Under the pieces are notes generated by a model. That model worked only from the letters and a program-made list of their open reading frames with translations, made no database searches and was not told the origin of the DNA. Position numbers and translations under genes: made by a program. Positions 1-14,573 of a stretch of DNA of 64,000 bases are shown piece by piece (the stretch's first letter is position 1; every line of letters begins with the position of its first letter). The DNA is from an uncultured Acidobacteriota bacterium (lineage in GTDB: Bacteria; Acidobacteriota; Thermoanaerobaculia; UBA5066; Gp7-AA6): NCBI GenBank assembly GCA_963811425.1, contig CAWERV010000011.1:41219-105218 (forward strand). The letters run 5' to 3'.

Positions 1-99
1 CCTCGACGATCTGCGCAAGCGCTGGCGCGAGCGGCAGCAGGCGACGCCGCTCGACCGCACGCTCATCGGCGTCGGCCCGCGGGGGCAAGGTCTAAAGCG

Positions 100-103
<4 letters not shown>
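1..103 (+). CDS. 3' end of upstream ORF (position suggests NuoE, but 33 residues are not recognisable)
   Basis: The frame is open from the window edge to TGA 101-103. It makes an ATGA overlap with the nuoF start at 100. Confidence 0.3.
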
Positions 104-1504
<1,401 letters not shown>

Positions 1505-1508
<4 letters not shown>

Positions 1509-2157
1509 ACGCCGTCGGCGGCGAAGCCGCCGGCGGTCGCCGACCAGGTCGTCTTCTGGGTGCTGGCGGCGTTCGTCACGTTCTTCGCGATCTTCACCAT
1601 CACCCGCAAGAACCCGGTCACCGCGGTCATGTCGCTGGTGGCGACCTTCTTCGGCCTGGCGGCGATCTACGCGACGCTGTCCGCCCACTTCCTCGCGGTG
1701 CTCCAGGTGCTGGTCTACGCGGGCGCGATCATGGTGCTGTTCATCTTCGTGGTCATGATCCTGAACCGCGAGGAGGTCTCGCCGCTCTCGTTCCGGCCGA
1801 TGCGCGTGCTGGGCGTGGTCGGCGGGGCCTACCTGTTCGTCGAAGTTCGTCGACATCGTCGGCGGTGGGCGTGCCGGCCGGACGCGCCGGGCGCCGGTCC
1901 CCGAGACGTTCGGGACGGTCGGCGTCGATCGGCGACCTGCTGTTCCGCGAGTTCCTCTACCCCTTCGAGTCGATCTCGCTGCTGCTGCTGGTCGCCATCG
2001 TCGGCGGCGTCGTGGTGTCGCGCTCGCACCAGAAGGAGGTGGCCGCCGTGCGCGCCGCCGACTACCGCAAGCAGGTCCACGAGCTCGCGCAGCCACGACT
2101 ACCCGGGCGACGCCGGCGGCGCCGGACGCGCCGGCCCCGTCCGGAGGGCACCACTAG
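1505..2157 (+). CDS. nuoJ: NADH-quinone oxidoreductase subunit J
   Basis: Reads [46 protein letters not shown] and [17 protein letters not shown]. The candidate GTG start at 1505 overlaps TGA 1506-1508. The stop is taken as TAG 2155-2157. Confidence 0.8.
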
Positions 2158-2164
2158 GACCGCC

Positions 2165-2464
2165 ATGCCGACCGACCTACTACCTGGTCCTGTCGTTCCT
2201 GCTGTTCCTGATCGGGACGGCGGGCGTGCTGCTGCGCAAGAACGCCCTCATCGTGCTGATGGGGATCGAGCTGCAGATCAACGGCGGCAACCTGGCGCTG
2301 CTGGCGTTCTCGCGCCGCTCGGCGACCAGAAGGGGCACGTGCTCGCGTTCCTGGTCATCGCGCTGGCGGCGGCCGAGGCGGCGGTCGGCCTGGCGATCCT
2401 GGTCGGCCTGTTCCGCAGCCGCCAGACCATCAATCTCGACGAAGCGACGCTGATGAAGCGCTGA
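2165..2464 (+). CDS. nuoK: NADH-quinone oxidoreductase subunit K
   Basis: ATG 2165 follows a GGAGGG motif. Reads [39 protein letters not shown] and [17 protein letters not shown]. There are two frame breaks. Confidence 0.9.
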   Translation: MPTDLLPGPVVPAVPDRDGGRAAAQERPHRADGDRAADQRRQPGAAGVLAPLGDQKGHVLAFLVIALAAAEAAVGLAILVGLFRSRQTINLDEATLMKR

Positions 2465-2478
2465 GGGCGACGCGCGCC

Positions 2479-4704
<2,226 letters not shown>

Positions 4705-4705
<1 letters not shown>

Positions 4706-6378
4706 TGGGCCTGCTCGGCTGGATCACGCTGCTGCCGCTGTTCGGCGCCGCGCCTGGTCATGCTGGTGCCGCGCGAGGAGGAGGCGATCCACCGCGGCCT
4801 CGGCCTGGCCACCGCGATCGTGACCTTCCTCGTGTCGCTGCTGATCCTGCCCGACTTCGAGGCCGCCGAGGCCGGCTTCCAGCTGGAGGTCGACAAGGTC
4901 TGGATCGCGCCGCTCGGGATCCGCTTCCACCTCGGCATCGACGGCATCTCGCTCTGGCTGGTGCTGCTGACGACCTTCCTCGTGCCCGTGACGCTGCTGT
5001 CGCCGCAGGCGATCGGCATCCGCAACATCCGCGTGCGCGAGTTCACGGTCGCGATGCTGGTGCTCGAGGCGGGGATGATCGGCGCCTTCCTCGCGCTCGA
5101 CCTGTTCGTCTTCTACGTCTTCTGGGAGCTGATGCTGATCCCGATGTACTTCATCATCGGGATCTGGGGCGGCGAGCGGCGCCTCTACGCGGCGATCAAG
5201 TTCGTGATCTACACGCTGGTCGGCTCGCTGCTCATGCTGGTGGCGATCCTCTACCTCTACGCGCAGTGGCACGCCGCCAGCGGCAGCTACAGCTTCGACT
5301 ACACGCAGCTGTCGCACCTGACGCCTGCCGTTCGTCCCGCAGCTGCTCTGCTTCTCGGCGTTCGCGCTCGCGTTCGCGATCAAGGTGCCGATCTTCCCGC
5401 TGCACACCTGGCTGCCCGACGCGCACGTCGAGGCGCCGACCGGCGGCTCGGTGATCCTGGCCGCCGTGCTGCTGAAGTTCGGCACCTACGGCTTCCTGCG
5501 CTTCGCGCTGCCGATGTTCCCGCTCGCGGCCGAGGCGGCGGCGCCGCTCATCGCGATCCTGGCGGTCATCGGCATCGTCTACGGCGCGCTCATGGCCTAC
5601 GTGCAGGACGACGCCAAGAAGCTGGTCGCCTACTCGTCGGTGTCGCACCTCGGCTTCGTCGTGCTCGGCATCCTGACGCTCAACCCGACCGGCGTGCAGG
5701 GCGCCATCTACCAGATGCTGGCCCACGGCATCTCGACGGGCGGGCTGTTCCTCGCGGTCGGCCTGCTCTACGACCGCCGCCACACGCGCCGGCTGTCCGA
5801 CTTCGGCGGCCTCTGGAAGCAGACGCCGGTGTTCGCCGCCTGCTTCATGGTGATCGTGCTCGCGTCGGTCGGGCTGCCCGGCCTGTGCGGCTTCGTCGGC
5901 GAGTTCCTGGTGCTCGTCGGCACGTTCACCGCCAACAAGACCTGGGCGGCGAACGGCATCGTCGGCTACTTCCCGGCGCCCAAGCTGATGGCCGCGATCT
6001 CCGCGACCGCGGTCATCCTCGCCGCCATGTACCTGCTCGACGATGTACCAGCGCCTGATGTTCGGCCCGCTCGACAAGCCCGAGAACCGCGCGGTCAAGG
6101 ACATCCACGGCCGCGAGACCTGGGTGTTCGGCATCGTCGTCGCGGCGGCGCTGGTGATGGGCGTCTGGCCGCAGCCGATCCTCGACGCGCTCGGAGAAGT
6201 CGGTCGAGGCGTTCGTGACCAGCTACCGCGATCGGCTCGCGGAGGCGCGGCGCGCGCCCGACGCGCCGGCGCACGTCTACCCGGCGCTGCCGGCCCGCCG
6301 CGCCGGCGCCGCCGCGCCCGCCGCGGCGCCGCGCCCCCAGCGCCGGCCCGCACCGGCCGCCCGGGAGGCACGCCATGA
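4705..6378 (+). CDS. nuoM: NADH-quinone oxidoreductase subunit M
   Basis: Reads [45 protein letters not shown] and [21 protein letters not shown] junction with nuoL and ATGA junction with nuoN. The C-terminal tail is Pro/Ala-rich. Confidence 0.9.
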
Positions 6379-7853
6379 GCTTCGACGCCACCCAGCTGTT
6401 CGCCTTCGCGCCGATGCTGATCCTGATCGGCATGGGCTGCGTCGTCCTGCTCGCCGAGACGTTCGTGCGCGGCGCGGCGCGCGCGGGCCTCGCCTGGCTG
6501 GGCGTCGCCGGCTGCGTGGCCGCGCTCGGGCGCGTGGTGCTGCAGTGGCCCGACGCCGCCGAGCCGCAGACGCTACTTCCAGGGGATGCTGGTCGTCGAC
6601 CGGATGGCGCTCTACCTCGACGGCGCCTTCATCGCCGCGGCGCTGCTGACGCTGCTGTTCGCGCCCCCGTACCTGCGCGAGCAGGGCTTCGAGTTCGGCG
6701 AGTTCTACGCGCTGGTGCTGTTCGCCGCCGCCGGCATGGTGATGGTCGCGCACGCGACCCACCTGGTGTCGCTGCTCATCGGCATCGAGACCATGTCGCT
6801 CGCCGCCTACGTGCTCACCGGCTGCTGGCGGAAGAGCCTGCGCAGCACCGAGGGGGCGATGAAGTACTTCCTCATGGGCGCCTTCGCGACCGGCTTCCTC
6901 GTCTACGGCATCGCGCTGGTCTACGGCACGACCGGCGGCGAGCTGTCGTACGCGGGCATCGCCGCCAAGGTCAACGGCGCCAGCGAACGCCCCGCTGTTC
7001 TTCCTGGGCGAGTACTTCATCCTGGTCGCGCTCGCCTTCAAGGTCGCCGCGGTGCCGTTCCACATGTGGGCCCCCGACGCCTACGAGGGGGCGCCCACGC
7101 CGGTGACCGGCTTCATGGCGGCCGGCGTGAAGGCCGCCGCCTTCGGCGCCATCGTGCGCATCCTCGGCAGCGCCTTCGCCAGCCCGGTGCTGGTCTTCGA
7201 CTTCACGCGGCTGGGCGTCGATCCTGTCCGGTGCTCGCGGTCCTGACCATGACGCTCGGCAACCTGGCCGCGCGTCCGGCAGGACAACATCAAGCGCCTG
7301 CTCGCCTACTCGTCGATCGCGCACGCCGGCTACCTGCTCATCGGCGTGGTCGCGTCGGGGCTGGGCGTCGCCAGCGCCAAGCCCGCGGTGCTGTTCTACC
7401 TCGTCGCCTACACCTTCACGACGCTGGGCGCCTTCGCCGTCGTCGCCTGGATCGGCAACCGCAAGGACGAGCGCCTCTACGTCGACGACTGGGCCGGCCT
7501 CGGCGCCGCGCGCCCGGGCGTCGCCCTCGCGATGACGCATCTTCCTGCTCTCGCTCGGCGGCGTGCCCCCGACGGGCGGCTTCTTCGGCAAGTTCTACCT
7601 GTTCAGGGCCGCGATGGAGTCGCCCCAGCTCTACTGGCTGGTCGTCGTCGGCGTGCTCAACAGCGTGGTCAGCGTCTACTACTACCTGCGCATCGTCGTC
7701 GCGATGTACTTCCGCGACCCGATGCGCCCGCTCGAGCCCACCGACGGCGTCTCGATGCGCGCCGGCCTGCTCATCACCGCGATCGCGGTCGTGCTGCTCG
7801 GCATCTTCCCCGGCACGTTCGTCGACTGGGCCGGCCCGGTCGCGCTGAAGTAA
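6375..7853 (+). CDS. nuoN: NADH-quinone oxidoreductase subunit N
   Basis: Reads [57 protein letters not shown] and [11 protein letters not shown]. Several frame breaks. Confidence 0.9.
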
Positions 7854-7867
7854 CGCGGCGCGGGCGT

Positions 7868-8624
7868 CTACCGGAGCGGCGCGCAGGTCAGGTCCTGGAG
7901 CTGCTGCTGGTCGAGCGCGCGCAGGTCCGCGACCAGACGGGCCACGCCGGCGGGGATCTCGGTGCAGGAGGCGGTCGGCGGCGTGCCGCAGGGTGAGCCG
8001 GCGAGGAAGCCGCGGCCGTCGGCGCGCTGGAAGCTGAAGATGCTGCCGTCGACGGGACGCTGGTCGCGGCCGTAGAGCGGGGGACGACGCTTCGAGCGCG
8101 CGTTGCACGTCCGTGTCGGCGACATCGCGCATCACGTCGGCGACGTCGAGGAGGCCGGTGCTGTTGCAGGCCGGCAGCGCCGGCGCGCAGGATACGTCCG
8201 GCGGCGTGGTGCGGACCGGGTGCCGCGTGCGCTGGTACGAGGCGGGCGGCGTGAGCGTCACCTGATCCTCGTACAGGGCGTTGCCTCCCGTGTCGCCGTA
8301 GAGATAGACCGGCATCGAGCGCGCAGGTCGCCGGAGCCGTCGCTGCCACCGGCGTCCGGCGGGCAGGCGCGCTCGGTGCAAGCGACCGCCCCCGGCGCCG
8401 TGCAGCTGCAGCTGTTGCAGCCGTCGCTGGAGGGGAAGGTGCTGCCGACGGGATAGGTCGTACCTCCGTAGGCGCACACGCCCGGCGCCCGCAGCCCCGC
8501 CGGAGCCGGTGCCCGCAGCCCCGCCGCCGCCGTCCGTCACGCTCGACGAGACAGAGCCGCATCCGAGAAGTCCGAGGCCCCCAGCCAGAACGAGGACCAG
8601 CCAGGTCCGGAGGGAGCGCCCCAT
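7868..8624 (-). CDS. Cys-rich lipoprotein, function unknown
   Basis: Signal peptide and lipobox MGRSLRTWLVLVLAGGLGLLGC. Cys module STFPSSDGCNSCSCTAPGAVACTERAC. Three fragments join to about 250 aa. Confidence 0.5.
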
Positions 8625-8709
8625 GCCCGGATCGTACAGCTACGCCCCCCACGACAGGCCCCAAAAACAAAGCCCCACCCGGCGCGTGGCCGGATGGGGC
8701 TGGAAAGAC

Positions 8710-10002
8710 CTAGAAGAAGACGACGCCCGACTTAGGCGCCGGCCCCGCCGCCGTGGCCCGGGAAGCGCCCACCGCGCCGCCCGCGGTGCCGCCGCCAGCG
8801 CCCGCGGTGCCGCCGCCAGCGCCCGCGGTGCCGCCACCGGCGCCCGCGGTGCCGCCACCGCGCCCGCGGTGCCGCCGCCGCGCCCGCCGTGCCGCCGGCC
8901 GTGCCGCCGCGCCCGCCGTGCCGCCGCCGGCGCCCGCGGTGCCGCCAGCCGGCGCCCGCGGTGCCGCCACCGGCGCCCGCGGTGCCGCCACCCGCCGTGC
9001 GCCGCCGTGCCGCCGCCGCGCCCGCCGTGCCGCCGCCGGCGCCCGCGCCGCCGTCCGTGCTGCTGCAGCTTCCCTCGAGCCAGAAGCTGTCGATGTAGAT
9101 GACGGCCGCGGTCGGCTTCTGCGGGTTGGTGCCGCCGTCGCCGTTCGAGCCGTCGCCGGTCTGGATGCAGGACGCCGAAGTTCGACGACCTTCGAGGGGT
9201 CGAAGCCCGGGCGGCGCCGGCTGCCAGATCGACGACGTACTCGTTCCAGCCGTTCCCCGTATCGACGTTGGTGTAGGTGCCGCATGAAGTTGTACCGGCT
9301 GCCGCCGTCGACGGCGACGTAGCTGGTCACGTACGGCTGGATGCCGGCGGGGTTGCTCGGGCTCGGGTTCAGGCCCGAGGCGATCTTGACCCGGACGTGC
9401 ATCTTGGTGCCGGTCCAGTTCTTGAGCGCGGTCGGTGCCGTAGCCCTTCTGCACGTCGATGAACTGGTTGTAGTCGCTGTACGGCGCGTCGATCTGCGCA
9501 GCGAGCCCGGCGCCGGGTCTCCCGTCGGTGCTGCGTCCAGGCCAGCGTCGCGGCGGTGCCGCCCTCGAGGTGTGGCCAGGTTGCCCGGGCGCGCCGTTGT
9601 AGATGTTGAGCGCGAACCCTTCGGCCGTCGTGTCGAAGGTGCGAGGCCGGGGCAGCCGAGAGCGCCGCCCGCGCCGGAGCCCGCGCCGCCGTCGCGTCGT
9701 CGACGCCGCCCGCACCGCCCGCGCCGCCGGTGCCCGCGGTGCCGGTCGTGCCGGCTGCCGCGCCGCCCGTTCCGGCGGTGCCGGCCGTGCCGCCCGCGGT
9801 GCCCGGCGGTGCCGGTCGTGCCGGCGGTGCCGTTCGTGCCGGCGGTGCCGGTGGTGCCGCCGTGACCGGCGGTGCCGGTGGTGCCGCCATGTGCCGCGTG
9901 GTAGTGCCGCCGTCGCCGCCGCAGCCGACGCTCGAGAAAGGTTCCGGTCGCGAGGCCGAAGAGGCCCGCGACCATCAACAACTTAGTTCCAAGATTTTTC
10001 AT
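8710..10002 (-). CDS. Secreted protein with G/T/A-rich repeat regions flanking a globular domain
   Basis: Signal peptide MKNLGTKLLMVAGLFGLATG. The N-terminal region is GTTGTAG-type repeats. The central segments read FDTTAEGFALNIYNG, WTGTKMHVRVKIASGL and IYIDSFWLEGSC. The C-terminal region is (GGGTAGA)n. The stop could be at 8710 or 8732 depending on the frame. Confidence 0.55.
   Translation of the reverse strand: MKNLGTKLLMVAGLFGLATGTFLERRLRRRRRHYHAAHGGTTGTAGHGGTTGTAGTNGTAGTTGTAGHRGRHGRHRRNGRRGSRHDRHRGHRRRGRCGRRRRRDGGAGSGAGGALGCPGLAPSTRRPKGSRSTSTTARPGNLATPRGRHRRDAGLDAAPTGDPAPGSLRRSTRRTATTTSSSTCRRATAPTALKNWTGTKMHVRVKIASGLNPSPSNPAGIQPYVTSYVAVDGGSRYNFMRHLHQRRYGERLERVRRRSGSRRRPGFDPSKVVELRRPASRPATARTATAAPTRRSRPRPSSTSTASGSREAAAARTAARAPAAARRARRRHGGARRVAAPRAPVAAPRAPAGGTAGAGGGTAGAAARPAARRARRRHRGRGGGTAGAGGGTAGAGGGTAGAGGGTAGGAVGASRATAAGPAPKSGVVFF
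8757..9055. repeat. Tandem array of a roughly 21-bp unit (gcgcccgcggtgccgccgcca), about 13 copies, inside a CDS
   Basis: The head-to-tail repetition is directly visible. It encodes GGGTAGA heptads on the minus strand. Unit lengths wobble by +/-1-2 nt. Confidence 0.8.
9700..9905. repeat. Imperfect 9/18-nt periodic G/T/A-codon array (GT[AT]G linker)
   Basis: Repeated ggtgccgg[cgt]-type units. They encode GTAGTTGTAG-like peptide on the minus strand. Confidence 0.6.
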
Positions 10003-10134
10003 GACGTATCTCCCGGGTTTGCGCCCCAAACCCGAGAGGGGGGCGGCGGCCGGAAAGTATCACGATTTGCGCCAAAAGCAAGGGGGGATGATTAACTTCT
10101 TCGCCCTGATCCAAAACCACGCAAGGAGGCTCCG

Positions 10135-10567
10135 ATGGCCGTATCGAAGGCGAGCGCGCGATGGACGGGAACGTTGAAGGAAGGGTCGGGAACGATGAAG
10201 GGGGGCAACGGGTTCTTCGAGGCCCCGTTCACCTTCGCTCTCCCGGTTCGAAGGGGACACGAAGGGGACCAACCCCGGAGGAGCTGATCGGCGCCGCGAA
10301 CGCGGGCTGCTTCTCGATGTTCCTGGCCGCGCAGCTGACGAACGCCGGCAAGCCGCCGAAGAGCATCGAGACGTCGGCGACCGTCACCCTCGGCGAGGGA
10401 CCGACCATCACCAAGATCGAGCTCGCAGACGGTGGCGGTGGTTCCGGGCCTGGACCAGGCGACCTTCGACGAGAAGGTCGCGTTCAGCATGAAGAACTGC
10501 CCGGTCTCGAAGGCGCTGGCCGCGGTCGGCGAGCGTCACGGTCGACGCGAAGCTCAAGGGCGGCTGA
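10135..10567 (+). CDS. osmC: OsmC/Ohr family peroxiredoxin
   Basis: SD AAGGAGG lies before ATG 10135. Reads ASARWTGTLKEGSGTM, TNPEELIGAANAGCFSMFLAAQL and KNCPVSKAL. Frame-broken. Confidence 0.8.
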
Positions 10568-10690
10568 CGGGTCGCGCGGGCCGGCGCGGGCCGGAGTCGT
10601 GACCGCCCGGCGGCGTAAGTCGCTGACTGAAAAGCGGGATCCGAGGAGGGCTCGAAATGGTGCCGGGGTGGGCCGACCCACCTTGGCGTC

Positions 10691-11288
10691 ATGCTGGACC
10701 ACCGGTTCGGGAGGCGGGAGCGGAGCCCACGGCTCGCGCGGGGTGGCGCTGGCCTGCGCGGCGCTCGCCTACACGGCCTGCTCGACGATCGACGTGCGGA
10801 CCGACTACGCGCACGGGACGGACTTCGGCCGCTACCGAACCTTCGCGCTCGAAAAGGGGGCGATCGTCGCGCAGGGCGTCCCCGACACGCGCAACACGCT
10901 GGTCCGCGATCGGATCGACCGGGCGCTTCGAGGCCGGCGCTCCCCGCAAGGGGCTGTCGCCGACCGTCGGGGCGCCCGACCTGCGCGGTCACCTACGTCG
11001 CGGGCGCGCGCAGCCGGCAGGAGCTCGAGCACGTCGACTGGGGCTACCCCTGGGGGCCGTTCTGGGGCGGCCCCGGCTACGACGACTTCTGGATCACCGA
11101 GCACCAGCAGGGGACGCTGGTCATCGACTTCGTCGACGCCGGCAGCGAGAAGCTGGTCTGGCGCGGGATGGTGGTGGCCGAGGGGCAGCGCGTTCTCGGA
11201 GCAGGCGTTCATCGACAAGGCGGTGGGCAAGGCGCTCGAGAAGTACCCGCCGTCGCCCGACAAGAAGACCGACATGATCGCCGGCTGA
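10691..11288 (+). CDS. DUF4136-type lipoprotein
   Basis: Lipobox ALAYTAC, followed by STIDVRTDYAHGTDFGRYRTFAL. The C-terminal part reads GTLVIDFVDAGSEKLVWRGMVV. The start is uncertain. Confidence 0.65.
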
Positions 11289-11402
11289 GCTTCGTTTCCA
11301 GGATTCTCGAGTTGCGCGCTCGGGAGGCGCCCCGAAGAATTGACCGCCACCGGCCGGGTCGATCGCAAGGACCTCGCGCGCGTGGCGAAGCTCGTGCCGG
11401 GG

Positions 11403-12886
11403 GTGACCGCAGCTAACGTCGGTCGGCAGCAGTCGGCGAGCAACAAGGTTCACGCGCCGCGAGGTTCTGAAGGCCGGGCTCAAGGCGGGCGCGCTCGCGG
11501 CGACCGTGGAGGCCTGCGGCGTCGGGCCCGAATCGGTGCGCCGGCGGTGCCGGTCGCGCCGCCGATCGCGGCCGGCGGGCTCCCCGACGGCGACCGCGCA
11601 GGCGCTGCTCTGCGCCGTCGACACCATCGTCGTCGTGATGATGGAGAACCGCTCGTTCGATCACCTGCTCGGCGCCTCGCGACCGATCCGAGCTATCCCG
11701 GCGCGGGGCAGGTCGACGGCCTCACCGGCAGCGAGAGCAACCCCGACGGCCGGCGGCCGGTGACGGTCAACCTCGCGGGCGAGCGCCGCCACCCTCGATC
11801 CGAAGCACGACTGGGATTCCTCGCACCGCGCCTTCAACCAGGGGCGCAACGACGGCTTCGTGCTCGCCAACGCCGGATCGAACCAGGCCGAGGCGATGAG
11901 CTACCACCGGCGGGACGACGGCCCCGTTCCTCTACGCGCTCGCCGACCAGTACGTGGTCTGCGACCGGTGGTTCTCGTCGGTCATGGGGCCGACCTGGCC
12001 GAACCGCTTCTACCTCCACGCGGCGCACGTCGGCCGGGCGGAAGAAGAACCGGCCGATGGGGCTCGATCCGCCGCCCGACGGTCTGGGAGCGGCTGGCCG
12101 ATCGCTGCATCCCGGCCAAGAACTACTACGCGGGCGGCGATCCCCTGGTACAGCGTCACCTTCCCCGCCAACAGCTTCTCGGGCGACGACGCCGTCGTCC
12201 CCGAGCCGATCGATCACTTCTTCGCCGACGCCGAGCGGGGAGAGCTGCCGAGCTTCTCGATCATCGATCCCGACTTCGGGGTCAGCGACGGGCATCCGCC
12301 CCACGACCTCGGCCTCGCCGAGGCGTTCCTGGGCAGCATCCACCGCGCGCTGGCGGCGAGCGTCGCACTGGCCGCGCTCGCTGCTGGTGGTGGTGTTCGA
12401 CGAGCACGGCGGGTTCTACGACCACGTCCCGCCGCCGACCGTCCCCGATCCCGATCCCGACTTCCGCCAGATCGGCTTCCGGGTCCCGGCGCTGGTGATC
12501 GGACCGTCGGTGCGGCCGGGGCGCGGTGGTGTCGACCCCGTTCGATCACGTGTCGATCCTGGCCACGCTCGCGACGCGGTTCGGGATCGCGAGCCTCGGC
12601 CCGCGCATGGACGCCGCCGCCGATCTGTCCGCCTGCATCGATCCGGCGCGCGCCGTCGTGGGTCGTCGCACGTCGCCGCGCGCTGCCGCCCGCGGTCGAG
12701 ATCCCCGCCTCGGTGCTCCGCGACGGCGCCGCTCCGCCGCGACCAGCCAGCCCGAGCTCGAGCGCCCTCGCCGCGCGCGGGCGGCCTGCCGCCGCGGCCA
12801 CCGCGATCCGCGCTCCGCCGCACGAGCGCGTCCAGGCCTGGCTGCGCCGGGCGCAGGACCTCGAGGCCATCCGGGTGATCGGGTGA
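11403..12886 (+). CDS. Phosphoesterase family protein (phospholipase C / acid phosphatase type) with a Tat-like signal
   Basis: Tat-like [17 protein letters not shown]. Reads [46 protein letters not shown] and [11 protein letters not shown]. The start codon is uncertain. Confidence 0.8.
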
Positions 12887-13022
12887 TCGCCGCCGGCCGT
12901 CGCGCTGTCGGCTCGCGGCGGCGGTGGCTGCCGGCGACGCCCGGGGATCCGCGGGGCGCGAGCGCGGTCGCCGAGCGCGAGGCCGCCGCCCTCGATCGTC
13001 GCGCCGCCCGCCGCCGCAGGAG

Positions 13023-13685
13023 ATGACCCGCCTCGAGCTCAAGCTGCGCCCGTTCCTCGGCGCTCATCGCCAACAGCTGGGGCGGCATCGGCGAGGCGCG
13101 CCTCGAGCACTACTTCCGGCTGCCGTTCATGCTCGGGCTCGAGCTCGTCGCCGCTGGCGGTGGCCGTCGGACGGCGAGGGGCCGGGCGCCATCGCGCAGG
13201 CGCGCGTCCACGCCGCGTTCGTGACCCGCTACCTGGCGGTCGGGCTCGGCGTCGGCGGGCAGCTGCAGCGCTTCGGCCGCAACGGCCTCTCGATCGCGCC
13301 CACCCTGCGCCTCGGGAGCCTCGACGGGCTCAACTTCTCGCTCGAGTACGCCTACTCCGTGGCCGCCAACCAGTACACGGGCCAGCGCACCGATCGGCTT
13401 CTCCAACGTCCTCGGCACGCTCGACGTCCCGCTCGGCGCGCCGGCTCGCGCTCGAGCTCGACGGCGGGCCTGAGCCTGCAAGTCCTGGGCCTTCGCGCAC
13501 CATCGGCCTGCGCCACCGCCTGCGCGGCGACGGCGGGCCCGGGCACCTGGTTCGTGACCGGCGCCTTCGGCGGCGCCTGGGTCACCGACCGCGCCCCCTG
13601 CAACTACGACGCGGCCGTCCCCTGCGGCGCCTCCGCGCGCTCCTTCGGCCCCACCATCAGCGTCGGCCTCGAACGCCGGTTCTGA
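13023..13685 (+). CDS. Hypothetical beta-rich protein
   Basis: Reads YLAVGLGVGGQLQRFGRNGLSIAPTLRLGSLDGLNFSLEYAY and ends ...TISVGLERRF. I recognise no family. Confidence 0.35.
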   Translation: MTRLELKLRPFLGAHRQQLGRHRRGAPRALLPAAVHARARARRRWRWPSDGEGPGAIAQARVHAAFVTRYLAVGLGVGGQLQRFGRNGLSIAPTLRLGSLDGLNFSLEYAYSVAANQYTGQRTDRLLQRPRHARRPARRAGSRSSSTAGLSLQVLGLRAPSACATACAATAGPGTWFVTGAFGGAWVTDRAPCNYDAAVPCGASARSFGPTISVGLERRF

Positions 13686-13744
13686 CGCGGCGCGCCGCGG
13701 GGGCGGTCGCGCTCCGCAGCTCCGGGCTGGCTCGGCTAGTTGCA

Positions 13745-13781
13745 CGTAGACGCATATCATGACAATATGCATCTATGCATG
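13745..13781 (+). promoter_or_regulatory. AT-rich island with repeated ATGCAT hexamers upstream of and overlapping the vapB start (candidate promoter/operator)
   Basis: ATGCAT occurs at 13767-13772 and 13775-13780. There is an inverted CATAT..ATATG at 13753-13769. This is the only AT-rich patch in a very GC-rich stretch. Confidence 0.3.
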
Positions 13782-14024
13782 AGGACGACCATAGACCTGC
13801 CAGACGCCCTGTTCGCCAGGGCGAAGCGGCTGGCCCAGACGCGCGGGACGACCCTGCGGGAGCTGACCATCGAGGGGCTCGAGTCGGTCCTCGATCGGCA
13901 TCGCCGCCGAGGGCCTTTCCGTCTGCGAGACGCCTCGTTCGGAGAGGGGGGACTGGTCGAAGGGCTCGACGAGACGGAGTGGGATCGGATTCGCGACCTG
14001 TCCTACGACGGGCGCGGCGGATGA
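13779..14024 (+). CDS. vapB: VapB-type (RHH-like) antitoxin
   Basis: Reads MRTTIDLPDALFARAKRLAQTRGTTLRELTIEGLESVL. ATGA overlap with the downstream PIN gene. Confidence 0.7.
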   Translation: MRTTIDLPDALFARAKRLAQTRGTTLRELTIEGLESVLDRHRRRGPFRLRDASFGEGGLVEGLDETEWDRIRDLSYDGRGG

Positions 14025-14452
14025 TCGCGATCGACACCAACATCCTGGTCTATGCGCACCGGCGCGATTCCACGTTTCATCAATCGCGCCGAGGCCTGCG
14101 TTCAAGGCTACGCCGAGGGCTCCGCCGCCTGGGCGATCCCGTGGCCCTGCGTCCACGAGTTCCTCGCCATCGTCACCAACCCGCGGATCTTCAAGGTCCC
14201 GACGCCCATCGGATGCCGCCGTCGCGCAGCTGGAGACCTGGCGCGAGTCTCCCACTCTTCGCCTGCTCGCGGAGGAAGACGGCTACTGGGCGGTGCTGGC
14301 CGGCCTGGTGAAGGCAGGCGGCATCCGGGCTGGCAAGGTTCATGACGCGCGAATCGCGGCGTTGGCCCTTGCTGAACGGCGTCCGCGAGCTTCTGACGGC
14401 GGATCGCGACTTCAGTCGCATGGCGCCGCTCGTCGTCCGCAACCCGCTCTGA
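14021..14452 (+). CDS. vapC: PIN-domain toxin VapC
   Basis: Reads MIAIDTNILVYAHRRDS, WPCVHEFLAIVTNPRIF, HDARIAAL and LLTADRDFSRM. Three +1 breaks return the reading to the original frame. Confidence 0.8.
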
Positions 14453-14573
14453 GCAAGGCGTCGTTGTCGCGCGCTCGGCCCGACGCCTTGCGTCCGGAGC
14501 TCATCAAGTGGGACCCCGCAATCTGCCGAGCCATCACCTTGAGGCCAGGGGACCGGCCCGGCCCGAGCGACGC

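Noticed and set aside
8757-9055. Regular short repeats that could be mistaken for a CRISPR array.
   Set aside because: The units are directly adjacent with no spacers. The array lies inside a coding frame giving GGGTAGA heptads. No cas genes are present.
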